Shown here piece by piece: positions 24,706 to 35,057 of a stretch of 64,000 nt of DNA (positions are counted from its first letter, which is position 1; each line of letters begins with the position of its first letter). The DNA is from a virus. Its lineage: Duplodnaviria; Caudoviricetes. The notes below the pieces were generated by a model, which did no database searches, was not told the origin of the DNA, and saw only the letters and a list, made by a program, of their open reading frames with translations. The position numbers were made by a program, and so were the translations under genes. The stretch covers positions 1 to 64,000 of the IMG/VR virus record IMGVR_UViG_2928716645_000002. The stretch is one strand, 5' to 3'.

Positions 24706-25229
24706 CGCGGCCTCCGCAAAAGGGCCCCATCAATTTTCGAGGCGATGCTGTCGACCTTCACCTTCAATTCAGTGGCCGCCGTTGCTGCGACGGAGCTGTT
24801 ATCCCTCGCCAAGGTCACCATGCCGGTGAGGACGCGGACAGCGTCAGCCTGGGCGGCAAATGTGCCGATCAGGTCTTTCAGCTTCTCGATGTTGTTGCCG
24901 TGGTAGAACTCGATCCGCTGGTTCACCATCTCGAACGCCGTGGCCTGCACCTTGATGGCCTCGGCGAGTGCTTCCGTGACGCGGTTTCTCTCCTCGGTCG
25001 ACTCCGCGACCTTGGTCAGGGCCGCATTGTTGGCTTCGACCAGCTTGCTGAACCGAGCGAGCTCTTCCTTCCGCTCGATGTGGAGACGGTTGTTCGCTTT
25101 GAAGAGCACCACGATTGCTCCAGCCAGGACGGGAATGGTCGCAAGCAGGACCGCGATCACAGCTCCTGCCGGCCCCCACCCCGCGAGGGTTTGGGCAACG
25201 ATCTCCGGTGTGCCGGCGGCGCCCATCAC
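24702..25229 (-). CDS. membrane-anchored coiled-coil protein (lysis region)
   Basis: N-terminal TM plus coiled coil. Confidence 0.6.
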   Translation of the reverse strand: MMGAAGTPEIVAQTLAGWGPAGAVIAVLLATIPVLAGAIVVLFKANNRLHIERKEELARFSKLVEANNAALTKVAESTEERNRVTEALAEAIKVQATAFEMVNQRIEFYHGNNIEKLKDLIGTFAAQADAVRVLTGMVTLARDNSSVAATAATELKVKVDSIASKIDGALLRRPR

Positions 25230-25468
25230 CGCTTACCTGCCTTCTTGCGCCGGGCGCATGCCCGGGCGACGTCGCGATCGCCTATCGCCTGAACGGCAAC
25301 CGCGGCGAGCGCGCTGTTCGGCACCGCGCGCATTTCGGCGGCAACCTGTTTCTGGAAGTCCTGAGACCATGCCCGGACCGGCGGACAAACAACCGCCGGC
25401 GCCGGATCGGGCATGGTGCAGGTAAGCTGGACCGCAATGAAGGCCCAGCCGGTGCAGGTGAACGTCAC
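25226..25468 (-). CDS. possible spanin component
   Basis: Cys/Pro-rich (PAPAVVCPP); downstream of endolysin. Confidence 0.4.
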   Translation of the reverse strand: MTFTCTGWAFIAVQLTCTMPDPAPAVVCPPVRAWSQDFQKQVAAEMRAVPNSALAAVAVQAIGDRDVARACARRKKAGKR

Positions 25469-25731
25469 GCTGATCCCTCCTCGAGCCGCTTGATGGCGTC
25501 GTCGACCGACTTCGGGGCATTGGCTTGCGCCTCGAGCTCGGCCTGCTGAGCCTCAATGGTGGCGTTCTGCTGCTGGACCGTGGCCTCGGCCGCGCCGAGA
25601 TCCTTGGCGTTTTGGTCGGCTCGCTGCCGCGCCAAGAAGTCGTTCAGCGAGTTCCCGAAGGCGTTGAAGAACGCCTCCAGGAGCGGCTGCAGCGCGGTCA
25701 GGACGGCGGCTAGTGTTGCCCCGCTGAACAT
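25465..25731 (-). CDS. possible spanin-like coiled-coil protein
   Basis: N-terminal hydrophobic segment plus Gln/Ala coiled coil. Confidence 0.45.
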   Translation of the reverse strand: MFSGATLAAVLTALQPLLEAFFNAFGNSLNDFLARQRADQNAKDLGAAEATVQQQNATIEAQQAELEAQANAPKSVDDAIKRLEEGSA

Positions 25732-25740
25732 GGCGCCGCC

Positions 25741-26436
25741 TTAGGTCTTGGTGACGCTCGAGACCGCGGCGTTGACATCCGGAACGGCGTCCGGCGCCAG
25801 GTTCAGACGCGCGATGATCTTCTGGGCGATGGCATCGGGGCCACCCATCCAGGAGGTCAGCCAGTCCGGCGAGTGATCGATGACGTACTGGAGAGCCTTG
25901 GCGAGCACGGCGTTGTGCACCTCGGCGGTGAGCGCCTTATCCTTGGTGGCATCCTTCACCATGTTGATGGCGTAATCGATGCCCTTCTGGAGCAACTGGT
26001 CGGCGCGGACCGACACCACGACGGCGTAGATCTGAGCCGGCAGCTTCCGGAGCAGCCAGGTCACGAACGCGAAGATCAGCGTGCCGATCGCCCCGGCCCA
26101 CTGCGCGATCGTGGCGCCATATGCCCAAGTCACCTTGGTGGTCTCGCTGGTCGCCTGCGCGACGGTCTCCGGCGCCGCGGCATCCGCCGCAAAGGCGACG
26201 TCGATCGCGAGCGAGGCGCCGACGAGCACGGCGAATACGAGCGCGAACGGCCGCAAACTCCGCGGCAGGACGATGGCAGCCAGCACCAGGCCGAGCAGAA
26301 CGGCAAACAGGGTTCCGGTCGGATCGAAGCCAGGCCCGGCGTCGGCGAAGAAGCTCGAGTTGAAGGAGCCTGCCAGCGCCAGGCTTGGCGCGAGCAGAAG
26401 CGGCACGGCAAAAGCCGCGCTGTAGAAGCGGTTCAT
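25741..26436 (-). CDS. membrane protein, holin candidate
   Basis: multiple TMs; directly after endolysin. Confidence 0.5.
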   Translation of the reverse strand: MNRFYSAAFAVPLLLAPSLALAGSFNSSFFADAGPGFDPTGTLFAVLLGLVLAAIVLPRSLRPFALVFAVLVGASLAIDVAFAADAAAPETVAQATSETTKVTWAYGATIAQWAGAIGTLIFAFVTWLLRKLPAQIYAVVVSVRADQLLQKGIDYAINMVKDATKDKALTAEVHNAVLAKALQYVIDHSPDWLTSWMGGPDAIAQKIIARLNLAPDAVPDVNAAVSSVTKT

Positions 26437-26515
26437 GTTTCACCTTTGGATGTGGAAATGCGCGAGGTCCGTCGCGCGGCGGTCTATGCGACCTCAGGCG
26501 GATCGATGAGATCCG

Positions 26516-27301
26516 TCAGGCCTCATTCGTGGACAACCGGCCGTCGCTACGGACGATCGGAAGATGGTTGAAGCCGATCTGGCTGGCCGGCGGCGGCGGC
26601 ACGTCCTTCGGCCACCAGAACCCTTGGTTTAGACGCGACGTCGCGAAGGGCTCGATATTGACGGCGTCAGACTGGTTGCCGCCGAGCCCCATGACGTTGC
26701 CGTGCTGATCCTTCCCGACCACGACCGTGATGTGGCCGCCTCCGGTCCGCTTCATGGGAGCGAAGGCGCCGACTGCCGGCCCCGCGAGCTTCACGGCCGG
26801 CCATTTGCCGGCGAAGTCCAGCGCCCACAGCGTCTCGGTCCCCTTGAGACCGACCTTGGTCAGGATGTGGTTGGCGAAGAGCGCGCACCACGGGATCGAG
26901 TCGTGGGTATACTCCGCGGCAATATCGCCGCCCTCGTCCTTCGCCCAATCGATGATGACCGGGTTGTCTTTTGAGCCGGCGCCTTCCTTCGTCCCGATCA
27001 GCTTGATGCCCGCCTCGAGCCAAAGCGGCCGGCCGATTTCTTTTGCCGGCGCCGTGACCGGGGCCTTTCCCGCTAAGGCGGTATCCAGGGCCGCAGCAGT
27101 CAAGGGTCCGACCTCGCCGTCAACGGTGAGGCCGGCGCGTTTCTGGAACGTCTCGACAGCGGTATCCGTTGCCGGTCCGAACCACCCGCTACCGATCAGG
27201 GCATACCCGATCGACTTCAACGCAAGTTGAACTTGCTGCACGGCATCGCCGCTTGCGCCCATGCGCAAGGGCTTCGCCGCCACGAGGGCGGAGATCGTCA
27301 T
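26516..27301 (-). CDS. endolysin: PG-binding domain + TIGR02594/CHAP-like peptidase
   Basis: FGPATDTAVETFQ..GLTVDGEVGP; DSIPWCALF; GGGHI; LGGNQSD. Confidence 0.88.
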   Translation of the reverse strand: MTISALVAAKPLRMGASGDAVQQVQLALKSIGYALIGSGWFGPATDTAVETFQKRAGLTVDGEVGPLTAAALDTALAGKAPVTAPAKEIGRPLWLEAGIKLIGTKEGAGSKDNPVIIDWAKDEGGDIAAEYTHDSIPWCALFANHILTKVGLKGTETLWALDFAGKWPAVKLAGPAVGAFAPMKRTGGGHITVVVGKDQHGNVMGLGGNQSDAVNIEPFATSRLNQGFWWPKDVPPPPASQIGFNHLPIVRSDGRLSTNEA

Positions 27302-27461
27302 CAGCTTCTCCTTTTTATGCAAAAGCCGCCCTCTGGGCGGCCTGGGGTCATCAAAGGGTGTGGAACACCCGCCACTGTTGCTGAAAGACAACTTCCGGCG
27401 CTTGCTCGGTCTGGTTGTGGCGGCGTATGGTCACCGCCGCAAATTCTGGAATTGAGTTGGA

Positions 27462-29069
27462 ATGGAAGTAATTCGATATTTGCCGTCGCTTAAGACGGCT
27501 GCCCGGTGGCCGGGAAAGAACGGCGCACTTTGGCTGTTCTCATCATGCGACGGCATGGGGCCGGCACTGTTTCTCTTTCTGATCGCTCTCGCAACGCATT
27601 GGCACCATCATTTGCTACGCGGAGCGCTAACTGCCCCGAGTCTTCAACAATGGGTCGGAGGATGTGCGTTCCTTGCGTTCAGTTTCGTCAAGGCTTCTGA
27701 GCTGTCCTTTCCCGTAAGGCTGCTCCTGCGCTTTCTCGGCACTGCTCTGACGATCGTCACGATGTCGCAAATGATGCCAAACTCGATCGCGTTCCCTGCG
27801 CTGTCGACCGAACAATGGATGGCAATTTACGTCCTTCCCTGGGTGGCGATCGGCGGCGGCGTCGTCGGATGGTGGCGACCCGCCGGCTACATTCTGCCGA
27901 TTTGCGCCTGCGGTTGGTATCGATTTGCGTTTGCTTCGGCTCTCGGCTTTCCGTTCGGCTGGAATGAAGAGATGACGCTGCAGGAGTCAGCACTATTCCT
28001 CGTGTCTGGCGCCGTTGTCATTGCGACCATTATTAGATTGCTTCCGAGCCTCCGGCACTATCGGGATTCGATCTTCGCGTCGCTCATCATGGCGGCATGC
28101 GCGATTCACTTCGCGAACTACTTCTATTCCGGCGTTGCGAAGTTGTCTCTCGACGGAGGACCGTTGAGTTGGCTTACAACCAATACGACCTACACGCTGT
28201 TGGCCTCGGCCGATCGACTTGGCGTCAACGTCTTCTCGACGATGCCACTCGGGCAACTTCTGTATAGCTCGTTTCGGGCGCATATCCTTTTGATGAACAT
28301 CGTCACCATGGGCATCCAATTGTTTGCCTTGGTCGCGACCCCTTTCTTGCCAGCGATCCGCGTCATGCTGCTCGTTTATGACGTGATGCATCTGGCGATC
28401 GGCGGATTGACCGGAATCGTCTTCTACCTATGGATGTCCATCAACATAGCGTTTGCCATCGCGATGGGCTATCTGACCGTCACGTTCAATTGGCTATCGC
28501 GTTTGGTGTTCGTGGGTATGATGCTTCTCGCACCACGGGCCTTTACGATCTTTGAGGCAGGCTGGTACGAAACCCACGCGTTCAATAACATCACGATCGA
28601 GGCCGTGAACGAGGACGGGACCTCAGTCAGGATATCCCCCCGCATTTTCGGATTCTTCTCCTACGTTCTGATGAGCGACGCCGTGCTCGATCAGAAATGG
28701 AAGAAGGACAACGCAATCCCCACCAGCTTCTTTGGAACCACGTATTACAGCCGGGAGCGCGAGACCGCGAATTCCTGCGTCTTGACGCAGCCAAAGGAGC
28801 CAATGGCGCTTGGCACCTATATCAAGCCAACAATCCAAGCCCTCCACGCCGGGGTACTGCAGCCCAAGCGCTTCTGGCCTGATTGGTTAGTCTATCCTCC
28901 CCAGCATTTCCTCCAGAACGACGACGCTTTCGCGCCAACTTCGTCAATCCAGTGGGACCGCGTCACGGCTTACCGTTTCGTTTGGCGCGCAACCTGCATC
29001 AGGGACGTGCCACACGGATACGAACTCGACACGCTCAGATCTGACGCGGTATTGGTGCCTGTACGATGA
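27462..29069 (+). CDS. multi-TM membrane protein, HTTM-like
   Basis: about 11 TMs; YFYSGVAKL motif; start may be 27555. Confidence 0.6.
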   Translation: MEVIRYLPSLKTAARWPGKNGALWLFSSCDGMGPALFLFLIALATHWHHHLLRGALTAPSLQQWVGGCAFLAFSFVKASELSFPVRLLLRFLGTALTIVTMSQMMPNSIAFPALSTEQWMAIYVLPWVAIGGGVVGWWRPAGYILPICACGWYRFAFASALGFPFGWNEEMTLQESALFLVSGAVVIATIIRLLPSLRHYRDSIFASLIMAACAIHFANYFYSGVAKLSLDGGPLSWLTTNTTYTLLASADRLGVNVFSTMPLGQLLYSSFRAHILLMNIVTMGIQLFALVATPFLPAIRVMLLVYDVMHLAIGGLTGIVFYLWMSINIAFAIAMGYLTVTFNWLSRLVFVGMMLLAPRAFTIFEAGWYETHAFNNITIEAVNEDGTSVRISPRIFGFFSYVLMSDAVLDQKWKKDNAIPTSFFGTTYYSRERETANSCVLTQPKEPMALGTYIKPTIQALHAGVLQPKRFWPDWLVYPPQHFLQNDDAFAPTSSIQWDRVTAYRFVWRATCIRDVPHGYELDTLRSDAVLVPVR

Positions 29070-29443
29070 CGGAACCGACCAACTATCTGCTCTATGATGG
29101 TGAATGCCCGTTCTGCTCCAGCTACGTCCGATGGTCGCGCTTGCAAGAAAGCGTGCCTGGATTTCGGCTGCTCGACGCCCGCGAAAATCCTTCTCTAGTT
29201 GCCGATCACCGAGAGGCGGGACGCGAGGTCAATACCGGGATGATCCTTTCTCTGAACGGCATCCCGTATCATGGCCACCTGGCGCTCAATCGCCTGGCGC
29301 TCCTCAGCACGAGTTCAGGATTTCTGAATAAGCTCAACTCGCTTCTGTTCCGATCCGAAGCGGTCTCCAGCTTCGCATATCCTCTGATGGTGGCCGGCCG
29401 CAACACGGTTCTGAAGCTGCTCGGACGGAACCAAGTATCGTAG
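29066..29443 (+). CDS. DCC1/DUF393 thiol-disulfide oxidoreductase-like protein
   Basis: LLYDGECPFC; YP...GRN. Confidence 0.82.
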   Translation: MTEPTNYLLYDGECPFCSSYVRWSRLQESVPGFRLLDARENPSLVADHREAGREVNTGMILSLNGIPYHGHLALNRLALLSTSSGFLNKLNSLLFRSEAVSSFAYPLMVAGRNTVLKLLGRNQVS

Positions 29444-29586
29444 ATCGTCAGACCTATTGCGCACGAAAGCGATGCGAAACCAACCTCTTAGCCAATGGCA
29501 CGACGTGTGGAGTTACCGCAACGCGAACGCTTGCTCGGCAAGGTTGCGGCGAGGTATTGTCGCCGCCGAATTTAGAACGGGGCGGC

Positions 29587-30720
29587 ATGGGAACACTTCG
29601 ATTTTTGCTAGCACTTTGCGTCGTCGTCACTCACGCGCCAGGCAGCCAGCTTTTTGGCCATAGCCTTCTGAGCGGCATTACCGCCGTCCAAGGCTTCTAT
29701 GTGATATCCGGCTTTCTGATCACCATGGTGCTCAACACGCGCGCCGGATATCGCGATGTCAGCCAATTCTATCTCAGCCGGTATCTGCGCCTTTGGCCGG
29801 CCTACGCCGTGGTGGCGCTGCTGACGTTCCTTGTCCTCAAGCGCTCGACATTCGTTGCAGGCCTCGAGCATCTGGATTTCGCCGGCGTCGTCTTTGTCGT
29901 GTTCAGCAATTGCGCGATCTTCTTCCAGGACCTTTACCTGTTTCTTGGCATCAGCCCGGACGGATCACTTTTCCCGACCTCTCACTTCGGCACCGAGCCG
30001 GGCCAACAGCTCAACAGCTTGATGCTGGTCCCCCAGATGTGGAGCGTCGGCGTAGAGCTCACTTTCTATGCGATCGCACCATTTATCTGTCGCTCGCCGC
30101 TACGTTTACTCGGACTGCTTTCCTTCGGCATCGCCGTTCGCCTGGCGATCGGATACTGGTCACCGCACGATATCGATCCATGGCACTATCGCTTTTCGCC
30201 GGCCGAAATGGCCATGTTCGCTGCTGGCGGCCTGTCCTATTTTGCCAGCAAAGCTCTGCGGATGGTCCCGGCCGGCATATTACAGATTGCAGGAGCCACC
30301 ACGCTTGTGGCAGTTTCGTTCATCGTGCTGGCGACACCGCTGTCAATTCAGGACTTTTCACAAACTCTGTTCCTGCTCAATCCGAAAGTGATCCTGATAA
30401 TCGCCGTGTCGTGCCCGCTCCTCTTCGCGGCCTTCCGGACATCGCGCCTCGATAGCATAATCGGCGAGTTGAGCTACCCGATGTATCTCTCTCACCTCTT
30501 CGTCTATGCGGTGATGAAAGACCATGCGCCGTCGGTGATGACGCCGGACAATTTCGCCTATGTCTGCGGAACCGTCCTGTTCAGCGCGGCGCTGCTCTGG
30601 GTGATCGTTCTGCCCGTCGACCGCTACCGGAAGAGGTTCGGGGCGCGCGTGCCAGATGCAATAGAGACGACGGCCGCCGCATCCAGCGAAATCTTAACAG
30701 GACCGCACGGCGCCACGTAG
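29587..30720 (+). CDS. acyltransferase-3 (OafA-like) membrane O-acyltransferase
   Basis: LRFLLALCVVVTH, FYVISGFLI, RYLRLWP, WSVGVELTFY, GELSYPMYLSH. Confidence 0.9.
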   Translation: MGTLRFLLALCVVVTHAPGSQLFGHSLLSGITAVQGFYVISGFLITMVLNTRAGYRDVSQFYLSRYLRLWPAYAVVALLTFLVLKRSTFVAGLEHLDFAGVVFVVFSNCAIFFQDLYLFLGISPDGSLFPTSHFGTEPGQQLNSLMLVPQMWSVGVELTFYAIAPFICRSPLRLLGLLSFGIAVRLAIGYWSPHDIDPWHYRFSPAEMAMFAAGGLSYFASKALRMVPAGILQIAGATTLVAVSFIVLATPLSIQDFSQTLFLLNPKVILIIAVSCPLLFAAFRTSRLDSIIGELSYPMYLSHLFVYAVMKDHAPSVMTPDNFAYVCGTVLFSAALLWVIVLPVDRYRKRFGARVPDAIETTAAASSEILTGPHGAT

Positions 30721-30721
30721 A

Positions 30722-33217
30722 TCACACCCATCCTAGCGTCGCGGCATGATGAGCGTCCGCGCGCGCATCGGAGAGCGCGGATTTGTAGAAGGCGAATTCA
30801 TCCAGTCGACCGGAGAGGCGGAATGTTCCAGGCGAGGCACCACCGGAAAATGAATTGCCAAGCATTGTCAGTTTCGAATTTCTGGTGATGAGGTTCTTCG
30901 AAACCGCCAGGGTCTGGCGGGTTTCCTTGCCTACCACGCGGATAAACAAGTTGCCGCCGCTCCTCCCGACAATCACGTGATAGAAAGTATGCAAATCTAG
31001 AGAAAGGGTACTGCTGAGAGTAGCGGTTGTTGCGTCCGCATACTTCACCAAAAGAACAAGCTTGTTATTCTGAACCGCAACGAGGAAACTGTTGTCGGTG
31101 TCGCCATTCGATGTAACCCATCCGTTCACCACCCACGGATCAAACGATGCGGACGGCGTTGGTAACGCGTCGAAGCGAACCCAGAATTCAAACGTAAAAT
31201 CTGAGCCGGCCAAATTCCAATCAGTGCTGGCAGCCATCGAAATGTAGTCATCTGCGCTGTTCAGCGAGACCGCAAACGTGCCGTCACCGGTAGCACCGTT
31301 TAGTGCCAATAAGACGCTACCAACATACGCAGCATCAGCACTCGCAGTTGTTCCGAGATTGGTTGCAACCGCCCCCGCTACTTCACCGAAATCATAATAT
31401 CGGCTTGGTGCGTCTGCGAGAACCGCAGCCCGATACGCAAGTGAAGGCGTCGCGCGCCAAGTGCCGGGCAACTTGTAATAAGCCATAGTGCCGCGACTGA
31501 CGAACGTTGAGACATCAGTGGCGTTACCGGATACGTTCGCCGATTGGACCTCGAAATAAGGCATCATCGCGCGAGGGAATGCCGTCAAGAGTTTCTTTGT
31601 GGTCCGGTATTGATGAACGTCCGAAATCTCGTTTGCGGTGTTCGAAACACCCCAAAACAACGCATCAGCAAGGATTGCCCAAGGCGCGTCCATAACGGAG
31701 ACTTGAGCAAAAATGCCGTCGTTGAAATCAAACGGGAAGTTTACCCGGTTCAATGTGCCGGGTGCCGATCCTGATGCGACCGTAACTGACAACTGAGAGA
31801 GTGCGATGCTGCGAAGTGAGTTCAACCGCTGAAAATACAAGGCTTTCGGATCAACATATTTGGGGTCGTTCATCACCAGTGCAGGACGGCACACGTATAG
31901 GAACGCCGTGAAAGAAATGCCATCCCACGCAATCGTTGTTCCGGCCGAAATTTCGAACGCCTCCGATGACGCAAGATCACGATGAAACCAAGACGAACTG
32001 CCGCCTGCGATGACACAGGACCAAGCATTGAGAACATACAGCGTTTCACCGGCAGGCACCGTCAACGAAAACTTGCCTGTGTAGAGAACATACGCGGCAG
32101 GATCGAGCATCGCGGCCATGCCCAGCCAGTATTTGTACTCGTCAGCCGACAACGCGTTTCCCGGCTGACCGCGCTCGCCCACACGATTGAAATTCCAGTC
32201 AGCGAATGTGCCGGCTCCCCCTGAGTTGTCGGCCGTCATCGAAATGACGCCGTTTATCGGATCGTAGGTACAGACACCTTCCATCCAATTCGTCGGCGCT
32301 GCGTTTGACGATGCACGTAGCCGCACACCGTTCTGGTAGGACAGCCCAACTTGCGTTGAAAACGTCTTCGTACCGGTGCCGCTGACCGCGAGTGACGTTG
32401 GACTCGTCCCTTCGGTCGCGCTCTGGCCGATCAGCAGCCATTTTCCGGCAGCCAGATCGGCCGAGAATGATCCGGCGGTATGCGCCACGACGCACTGGTA
32501 GATATTCTTGTTCGGACCGACGACGACCGAGGCCGGCGGCCCAACCACGTAGTTTGTCGCAGTTGCCCAGGCCGCGGCGCCGCTCCACGGAACAGGACCA
32601 GTGTCTCCCTTGTCGCCCTTGGAGGCGAGCAACTGCCAGTACGCGGCATTCGGCGGTGCATGGCCGGAACCTACCGTCGTATTGACCCACACATAGGATG
32701 AACCGCCACTCGAGACGAAGTCACCGACGGCGTAGGTCGCGGCGTTGTCGTAGGCCCCGCGGGCGTTGAAGCCCCTATAAATGCCCAGGAAGTTCCAAGT
32801 CCCAGCGCTCTTGAACCACATCTTGCCGGACGTTGGCTGGAGCGCGTACTGACCATCTGAACCTAGCGAGGGATCCGGGGCCGAAAGCGAGATATCGACG
32901 AACCAGAAAAAGCCCGTGGTATTCATCGCCGCAACAAGCGTCGAAACGTCCGCCATCGCCTGCGCGCCGGCGACGCGCTGCGGAAACCACTGCCAGATCG
33001 TATAGGCGACGTTCGTCTGAGCTCCGCCGCCCCACGCCGGAATGACCAGGTGGGTGGCGTCGGTCACGTCGGTAATGAGGGTCTGGTAGTTGCCGATCTG
33101 AAGGACGTCACCGGGCCGCACGTTCACGCCCGACCAGATCGTTCCTGATCCGGACACAGTCGTGCCGCCGGCCGCGACGGTAACCGTCCCGGTCGAGTAA
33201 CTGGCAAGCGCCGTCAT
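30722..33217 (-). CDS. tail fibre / receptor-binding protein with C-terminal LamG/ConA-like domain
   Basis: YSTGTVTV N-terminus; CBM-like repeats; DFTFEFWV...GRLDEFAFYKSALS. Confidence 0.8.
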   Translation of the reverse strand: MTALASYSTGTVTVAAGGTTVSGSGTIWSGVNVRPGDVLQIGNYQTLITDVTDATHLVIPAWGGGAQTNVAYTIWQWFPQRVAGAQAMADVSTLVAAMNTTGFFWFVDISLSAPDPSLGSDGQYALQPTSGKMWFKSAGTWNFLGIYRGFNARGAYDNAATYAVGDFVSSGGSSYVWVNTTVGSGHAPPNAAYWQLLASKGDKGDTGPVPWSGAAAWATATNYVVGPPASVVVGPNKNIYQCVVAHTAGSFSADLAAGKWLLIGQSATEGTSPTSLAVSGTGTKTFSTQVGLSYQNGVRLRASSNAAPTNWMEGVCTYDPINGVISMTADNSGGAGTFADWNFNRVGERGQPGNALSADEYKYWLGMAAMLDPAAYVLYTGKFSLTVPAGETLYVLNAWSCVIAGGSSSWFHRDLASSEAFEISAGTTIAWDGISFTAFLYVCRPALVMNDPKYVDPKALYFQRLNSLRSIALSQLSVTVASGSAPGTLNRVNFPFDFNDGIFAQVSVMDAPWAILADALFWGVSNTANEISDVHQYRTTKKLLTAFPRAMMPYFEVQSANVSGNATDVSTFVSRGTMAYYKLPGTWRATPSLAYRAAVLADAPSRYYDFGEVAGAVATNLGTTASADAAYVGSVLLALNGATGDGTFAVSLNSADDYISMAASTDWNLAGSDFTFEFWVRFDALPTPSASFDPWVVNGWVTSNGDTDNSFLVAVQNNKLVLLVKYADATTATLSSTLSLDLHTFYHVIVGRSGGNLFIRVVGKETRQTLAVSKNLITRNSKLTMLGNSFSGGASPGTFRLSGRLDEFAFYKSALSDARADAHHAATLGWV

Positions 33218-33287
33218 CTCGAGAACCTCTCGATTGAAGTTTCTTCTGTTTGCGGGGGTTGGAGCCGCTACCGGCTCCGCGCGCGGG

Positions 33288-33656
33288 CTATGGCAGCAGG
33301 GCCATCCGCTGATCCTCGTAGTGCGCCGGAACGCCGTTATCCTCGAGGATCTTGTTCAACTCTTCCAAGGTCTGCGCATTCCGGGCCGCCACTAGCAGGC
33401 TCCGGCGCTTGTTTTCCTTGATCATGAGGTCGTCGGGCTTCGCGAGGATGATTGCCGCGAGCTCCTGCGCGGTCTTGCCCTCAATCCTCGCTGCCTCTTC
33501 AAATTCCGCGGTCGCAGCAGCACCATCCTGGACCGACAGCGCCAGCATGTGCTTGCGGGCGTGCGCGACGTCGTGGCCATCGACCATGAGGAACGTGTTG
33601 ATCCGGCGCTCCGCCCGCTTCTTCTCCTGCACGAGGGGCGAGATGCTGATTTTCAT
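33288..33656 (-). CDS. tail-associated hypothetical protein
   Basis: position in tail module. Confidence 0.6.
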   Translation of the reverse strand: MKISISPLVQEKKRAERRINTFLMVDGHDVAHARKHMLALSVQDGAAATAEFEEAARIEGKTAQELAAIILAKPDDLMIKENKRRSLLVAARNAQTLEELNKILEDNGVPAHYEDQRMALLP

Positions 33657-34219
33657 TGCGCCACCACATCGAAAGCGCCGACCTTGTAAGGTTGCGGCGG
33701 GACGACTGTCACACGGAACTGGCCGACCTGGTCGATCGCGAACTCGATATTGCCGTCGGTCACATCTTCCTGGTGAACCAGCTTGTTGTCGTACCAGATG
33801 TAGAGCGTGAACTGTTCGGGTTGGACGGTGAGGTGGAGTGCATCGACGCCGTCGGCCTTGATCGGCCTGATATCACCCGTGATGACGACCTCCGGCTTCG
33901 GCAGAACCTCTTTCGGCTCTTTCGTGACGTCCACGTACGCCTCGCGGATATCGACCGGCCCGTCATAAAGCATGTGATCAATACCGGCTGCCGTATAGGC
34001 GGCGGAGATCTCCTCCATCGGTCTTTCGGCATCGAGAATAACTTGGGTGATAAACCCCGTCGCGTCGTGCCTGATGAGCGTCTTCGTCTTGTTGATCGCT
34101 TCCGGCTCCTCGACCGTGGCCAAAATGGCTTCCGGACTGACCTCCACCGCCTGTCCGCCGTCGCCCGCCGGCGTATAGCCAGGAACAGCCCATGCCTCGT
34201 CGAGCGTTACTGCCGTCAT
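33653..34219 (-). CDS. tail-associated hypothetical protein
   Basis: coupled starts. Confidence 0.6.
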   Translation of the reverse strand: MTAVTLDEAWAVPGYTPAGDGGQAVEVSPEAILATVEEPEAINKTKTLIRHDATGFITQVILDAERPMEEISAAYTAAGIDHMLYDGPVDIREAYVDVTKEPKEVLPKPEVVITGDIRPIKADGVDALHLTVQPEQFTLYIWYDNKLVHQEDVTDGNIEFAIDQVGQFRVTVVPPQPYKVGAFDVVAQ

Positions 34220-34620
34220 CCTGCGATTCTCCTGAAGAGCGAGAAGTAGAGGCGACCCTGCTGGTTGCCGAACTTGAACCGAAACACGATGGATGACGTC
34301 GTCACAGCCGCGTAGATCCAGAAGTCCGTGCCGCCTCCACGAAACGACTCGCACATGAGGTACTGCGCACCGGGATTCAGAAGGATGCTCGGATCGCAAT
34401 ATCCCAGCATGAACGGCGGCGCGTCGAGCGTTTCTCCGAAGTTCAACTGAGCAGTGCTGTCGTTGATACTGTCCAGGGTGCCGCTCAAATAGAACTGGTG
34501 GCCTGACCAGCGAGAATCGAAGACCGTCTGGTCAAGGTTGGCGACGGTCGCATCGATCCCCGGCTTGCTGACGACGAGTTTCGCGCTCGCGCCACCCTGC
34601 AATAGGACCCGCTGGGTCAC
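34216..34620 (-). CDS. minor tail protein
   Basis: VSKPG.D motif shared with the two upstream ORFs. Confidence 0.6.
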   Translation of the reverse strand: MTQRVLLQGGASAKLVVSKPGIDATVANLDQTVFDSRWSGHQFYLSGTLDSINDSTAQLNFGETLDAPPFMLGYCDPSILLNPGAQYLMCESFRGGGTDFWIYAAVTTSSIVFRFKFGNQQGRLYFSLFRRIAG

Positions 34621-35057
34621 CCGAGGCTCCTATTGAAGATCATGTAGTCCACGTAGATCCCGTAGGACTCCGAGATCGTGTTGTTGAACGTCAATGCGCT
34701 GTTGGAAATCCGGAAGCCGTTTTGGATCTCGTAGTAGACCACACCACCGATTGTGAGGTCTCGCGCCATCGCCATATCGAGCCGGTATGGGTAAGAGACA
34801 ACACCCGAGTCGATGTACGTTCTAAACGCAACATACGGATTTTGCGGAAGCGTCACCGTATAAGGAATATTCACGTCGCCGCTCAATGGTGGCAGAAAGA
34901 CGCTGCCGGACAGGATGACTTGTTCGTTCTTGGTGTCCGGCTTGAGGAGAAAGTCGCCCGGCACCGTTGCCGTAACTACGTCAACGCCCGGACGCGACAA
35001 CCAGACACCGTAACCGCCAAGGCTCGGATGCAAACCCATAAGGAAGCGTCGAGCCAT
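34617..35057 (-). CDS. minor tail protein
   Basis: LSRPGVD motif. Confidence 0.6.
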   Translation of the reverse strand: MARRFLMGLHPSLGGYGVWLSRPGVDVVTATVPGDFLLKPDTKNEQVILSGSVFLPPLSGDVNIPYTVTLPQNPYVAFRTYIDSGVVSYPYRLDMAMARDLTIGGVVYYEIQNGFRISNSALTFNNTISESYGIYVDYMIFNRSLG

